Shown here: piece after piece, positions 61,663-64,000 of the stretch
Layout: every line of letters begins with the position of its first letter
How positions within the stretch are numbered: the first letter of the stretch is position 1
Origin: Octopus sinensis
Taxonomy: Eukaryota
Direction of reading: 5' to 3'
Length of the DNA: 64,000 nucleotides
Assembly (NCBI RefSeq): GCF_006345805.1
Contig: NC_043005.1
Coordinates: 73,346,001 to 73,410,000, forward strand
Notes under the pieces: generated by a model
Seen by the model: the letters and a program-made list of their open reading frames with translations, nothing else
The model's database searches: none
Told to the model about the DNA's origin: nothing
Program-made: the position numbers and the translations under genes

Positions 61663-61689
<27 letters not shown>

Positions 61690-61703
<14 letters not shown>

Positions 61704-61915
61704 GTTAATCCAAACAAGAACACAAAAAAAACACAACGCGAGGACGTGGAACAAATATAGTATTATTGGACGCTCAGGAAAGAAGGGAAGAAGGAGGGTT
61801 TAACGTTTCGAGCGGAGCTCTTCGTCGGAAACATAGGAGAAGGAAAGATCCCGAGAAGGGAAGACAGAGGAAAAGAAATCGCCAACGGTACGCAGGAGGT
61901 CACATTTTGAAAGAC
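61690..61915 (-). mobile_element. Solo PLE terminal-repeat-like element with hammerhead-like motif (61798-61832)
   Basis: Reverse complement contains GTTTCCGACGAAGAGCTCCGCTCGAAACGTTAAAC, identical to 47171-47205. Confidence 0.78.
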
Positions 61916-61918
61916 ATA

Positions 61919-62170
61919 TACGAAGTCTGATCATTAAGTATCCGAATTGTTGGCACGTGAGGAGAAATCGTCAAATCCCCATCTGTGAGTTATCAGAGGA
62001 CCTGCAGATTAGTTACAGTTCATTTCAGTCCATTATCACTGAAGATTTGGGTATGAGACGTTTGATTGCCATGTTTGTGCTTTCAGCCTACAAAAAAAAG
62101 ACACTCGCATTTCAGTTGCACAAGATCTCTTTGATTGTGTCGAGAAAGATGAAAACTTATTGAAACTGTG
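61919..62170 (+). mobile_element. Mariner relic (left TIR plus transposase fragment)
   Basis: TACGAAGTCTGATCATTAAGTATCCG end; RRNRQIPICELSEDLQISYSSFQSIITEDLGMRR is like the mariner HTH region. Confidence 0.7.
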
Positions 62171-62426
62171 TGCAGGTCTCTGTGCTGGTTGCCTTTATAA
62201 CATTGACAGAAGTAGTTAAGTTTAACCCTAGGCGTTAAGAGTCGCCGAAGAGGATTAAGATGCTGTACATAAAAATCTGAAGTCGCGATCCGACTATGTA
62301 TGCAGGGTACTTACCGCCCTCTGTCGGTCATTAAGTTCAGTGCTTTGGTAGCTTTTGAGTTATTCTAACACTTACTTTTAGCAAACGTGGTGCTAGTCAG
62401 TACCCTGTGTTGCTTTTGTGCCCACT

Positions 62427-62477
<51 letters not shown>

Positions 62478-62831
62478 TTCTCTCTCTCTCTACATCGTAT
62501 ATCATATATATATATATACATAGCTGTATGTGTGTATGTATATATATATATATATATAAATTTATAACTTAGGGTATCTACGAGATAACGCCATGCTGAA
62601 AATAGCAGCCATGATCTGACTCTAAAACCACCTTAAGTGTTCATATAGCACACGGAGAGAAGACAGAAAGACAAAATAAAACTAGTAAATATTTACTGGA
62701 TAAATTCGTATAATTAGTAGATACCCTAAGATTTAAATTTAAATAATTATTACCTTTGAAGGTTATTATTTCCATGCTGGCCACTTGACAGGATCGTTGT
62801 TTTATTTTAAATTTACGATCTTTTCCTGATA

Positions 62832-63066
62832 TACTCTCTTAACTCTTTTACTCTTTTAATTGTTTCAGTCATTTGACTGCGGCCATGCTGGAGCATCGCC
62901 TTTAATCGAGCAACTCGACCCCGAGACTTATTGTTTTGTAAGCCCAGTACTTATTCTATCGGTCTCTTTTGCCGAATCGCTAAGTAACGGGGACAAAAAC
63001 ACACCAGCATCGGTTGTCAAGCAATGCTAGAGGGACAAACACAGACACACAAACACACACATGCAT

Positions 63067-63098
<32 letters not shown>

Positions 63099-63283
63099 AT
63101 ATATATATATACATATATACGACGGGCTTCTTTTCAGTTTCCGTCTACCAAATCCACTCACAAGGCTTTGGTCGGCCCGAGGCTATAGTAGAAGACACTT
63201 GCCCAAGGTGCCACGCAGTCGGACTGAACCCGGAACCATGTGGTTGGTAAACAAGCTACTTACCACACAGCCACTCCTGCGCC
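62832..63283 (-). mobile_element. Full-length OK-like SINE
   Basis: Collinear with 7291-7708; head AGGCGCAGGAGTGGCTGTGTGGTAAG on the minus strand. Confidence 0.92.
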
Positions 63284-64000
63284 TGTGTATATACATACAC
63301 ACACATCCCCTCCCCCAAAATTTCGGGCCTTGTGCCTAGAGTAGAAAAGAAATTTACACTTTAGTATTTCAAGATAATATTTTATTTAATTTTGGTAAAT
63401 ATGTCAAAATGAGAGTTTCTGTGCGTATTTGTATACATGCGTGATCCTGTTTGTGTGAGTATAGGTCTATTCATTTTTACGTGTCTAGTGAAAAAATATG
63501 AAGTAAAAAAATAAACATTTATAATAGACAATGCAAAATCCAACCTAAACAGTAAAAAAACACTTCTAGAAGCGTTCTTAAAACCGAACAAGTTTGCTTA
63601 GAATAGGAACCTATTAATATTTAAACAACACCGATTTCGAGTTTGAACGGAGAAACAAATTAACTGTAAATGTCATACTGACACTTTGTATGAATTCCCT
63701 AATGCCTCGTGTGGAATTTGTCAGCGACATAATTGCAAAGAGTTCATTTCTTTCTACCAATCCGTCTCCTACAAAGACAGATATCCGCTTTCGATTTGAT
63801 GGCTTTCGAATCAATATACATACATACACACATACATATATACATATACACATACATATATACAGTCATACACATATTCTTTTGTGCGTGTGTGTGTATG
63901 TATGCAAATATATTATATACGAAATATATATATATATATATATACACATTATATTTATGTAATATATATATATACAAATGTGTGTGTAGACAGATAGATA

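Overview
AT-rich, microsatellite-saturated eukaryotic DNA with no host protein-coding exon that I can support. The SINE families resemble those described from Octopus, so a cephalopod intron or intergenic region is inferred, not confirmed. Almost everything recognisable is transposon-derived: tRNA-derived SINEs, CR1-like, RTE, R4/Dong-like and Penelope-like (PLE) fragments, mariner and hAT derivatives, and foldback MITEs. There is a near-intact DD37D (maT) transposon and an intron-containing tRNA-Met(CAT) with a degenerate T-arm. Main observation: two full-length Tx1/L1-clade retrotransposons (about 5.5 kb each, 48916-60027) sit head-to-tail, and the same 18-bp target occurs before, between and after them. 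That target lies 11 nt upstream of a minimal hammerhead-ribozyme-like motif inside a small PLE-style repeat, and an uninterrupted inverted copy of this repeat in the window shows the empty site. At least eight hammerhead-like motifs of several classes occur in the window, including one with a fully canonical core (25138-25222). Coordinates were counted by hand and diffuse element ends are approximate; family assignments come from motif recognition, with no database search.
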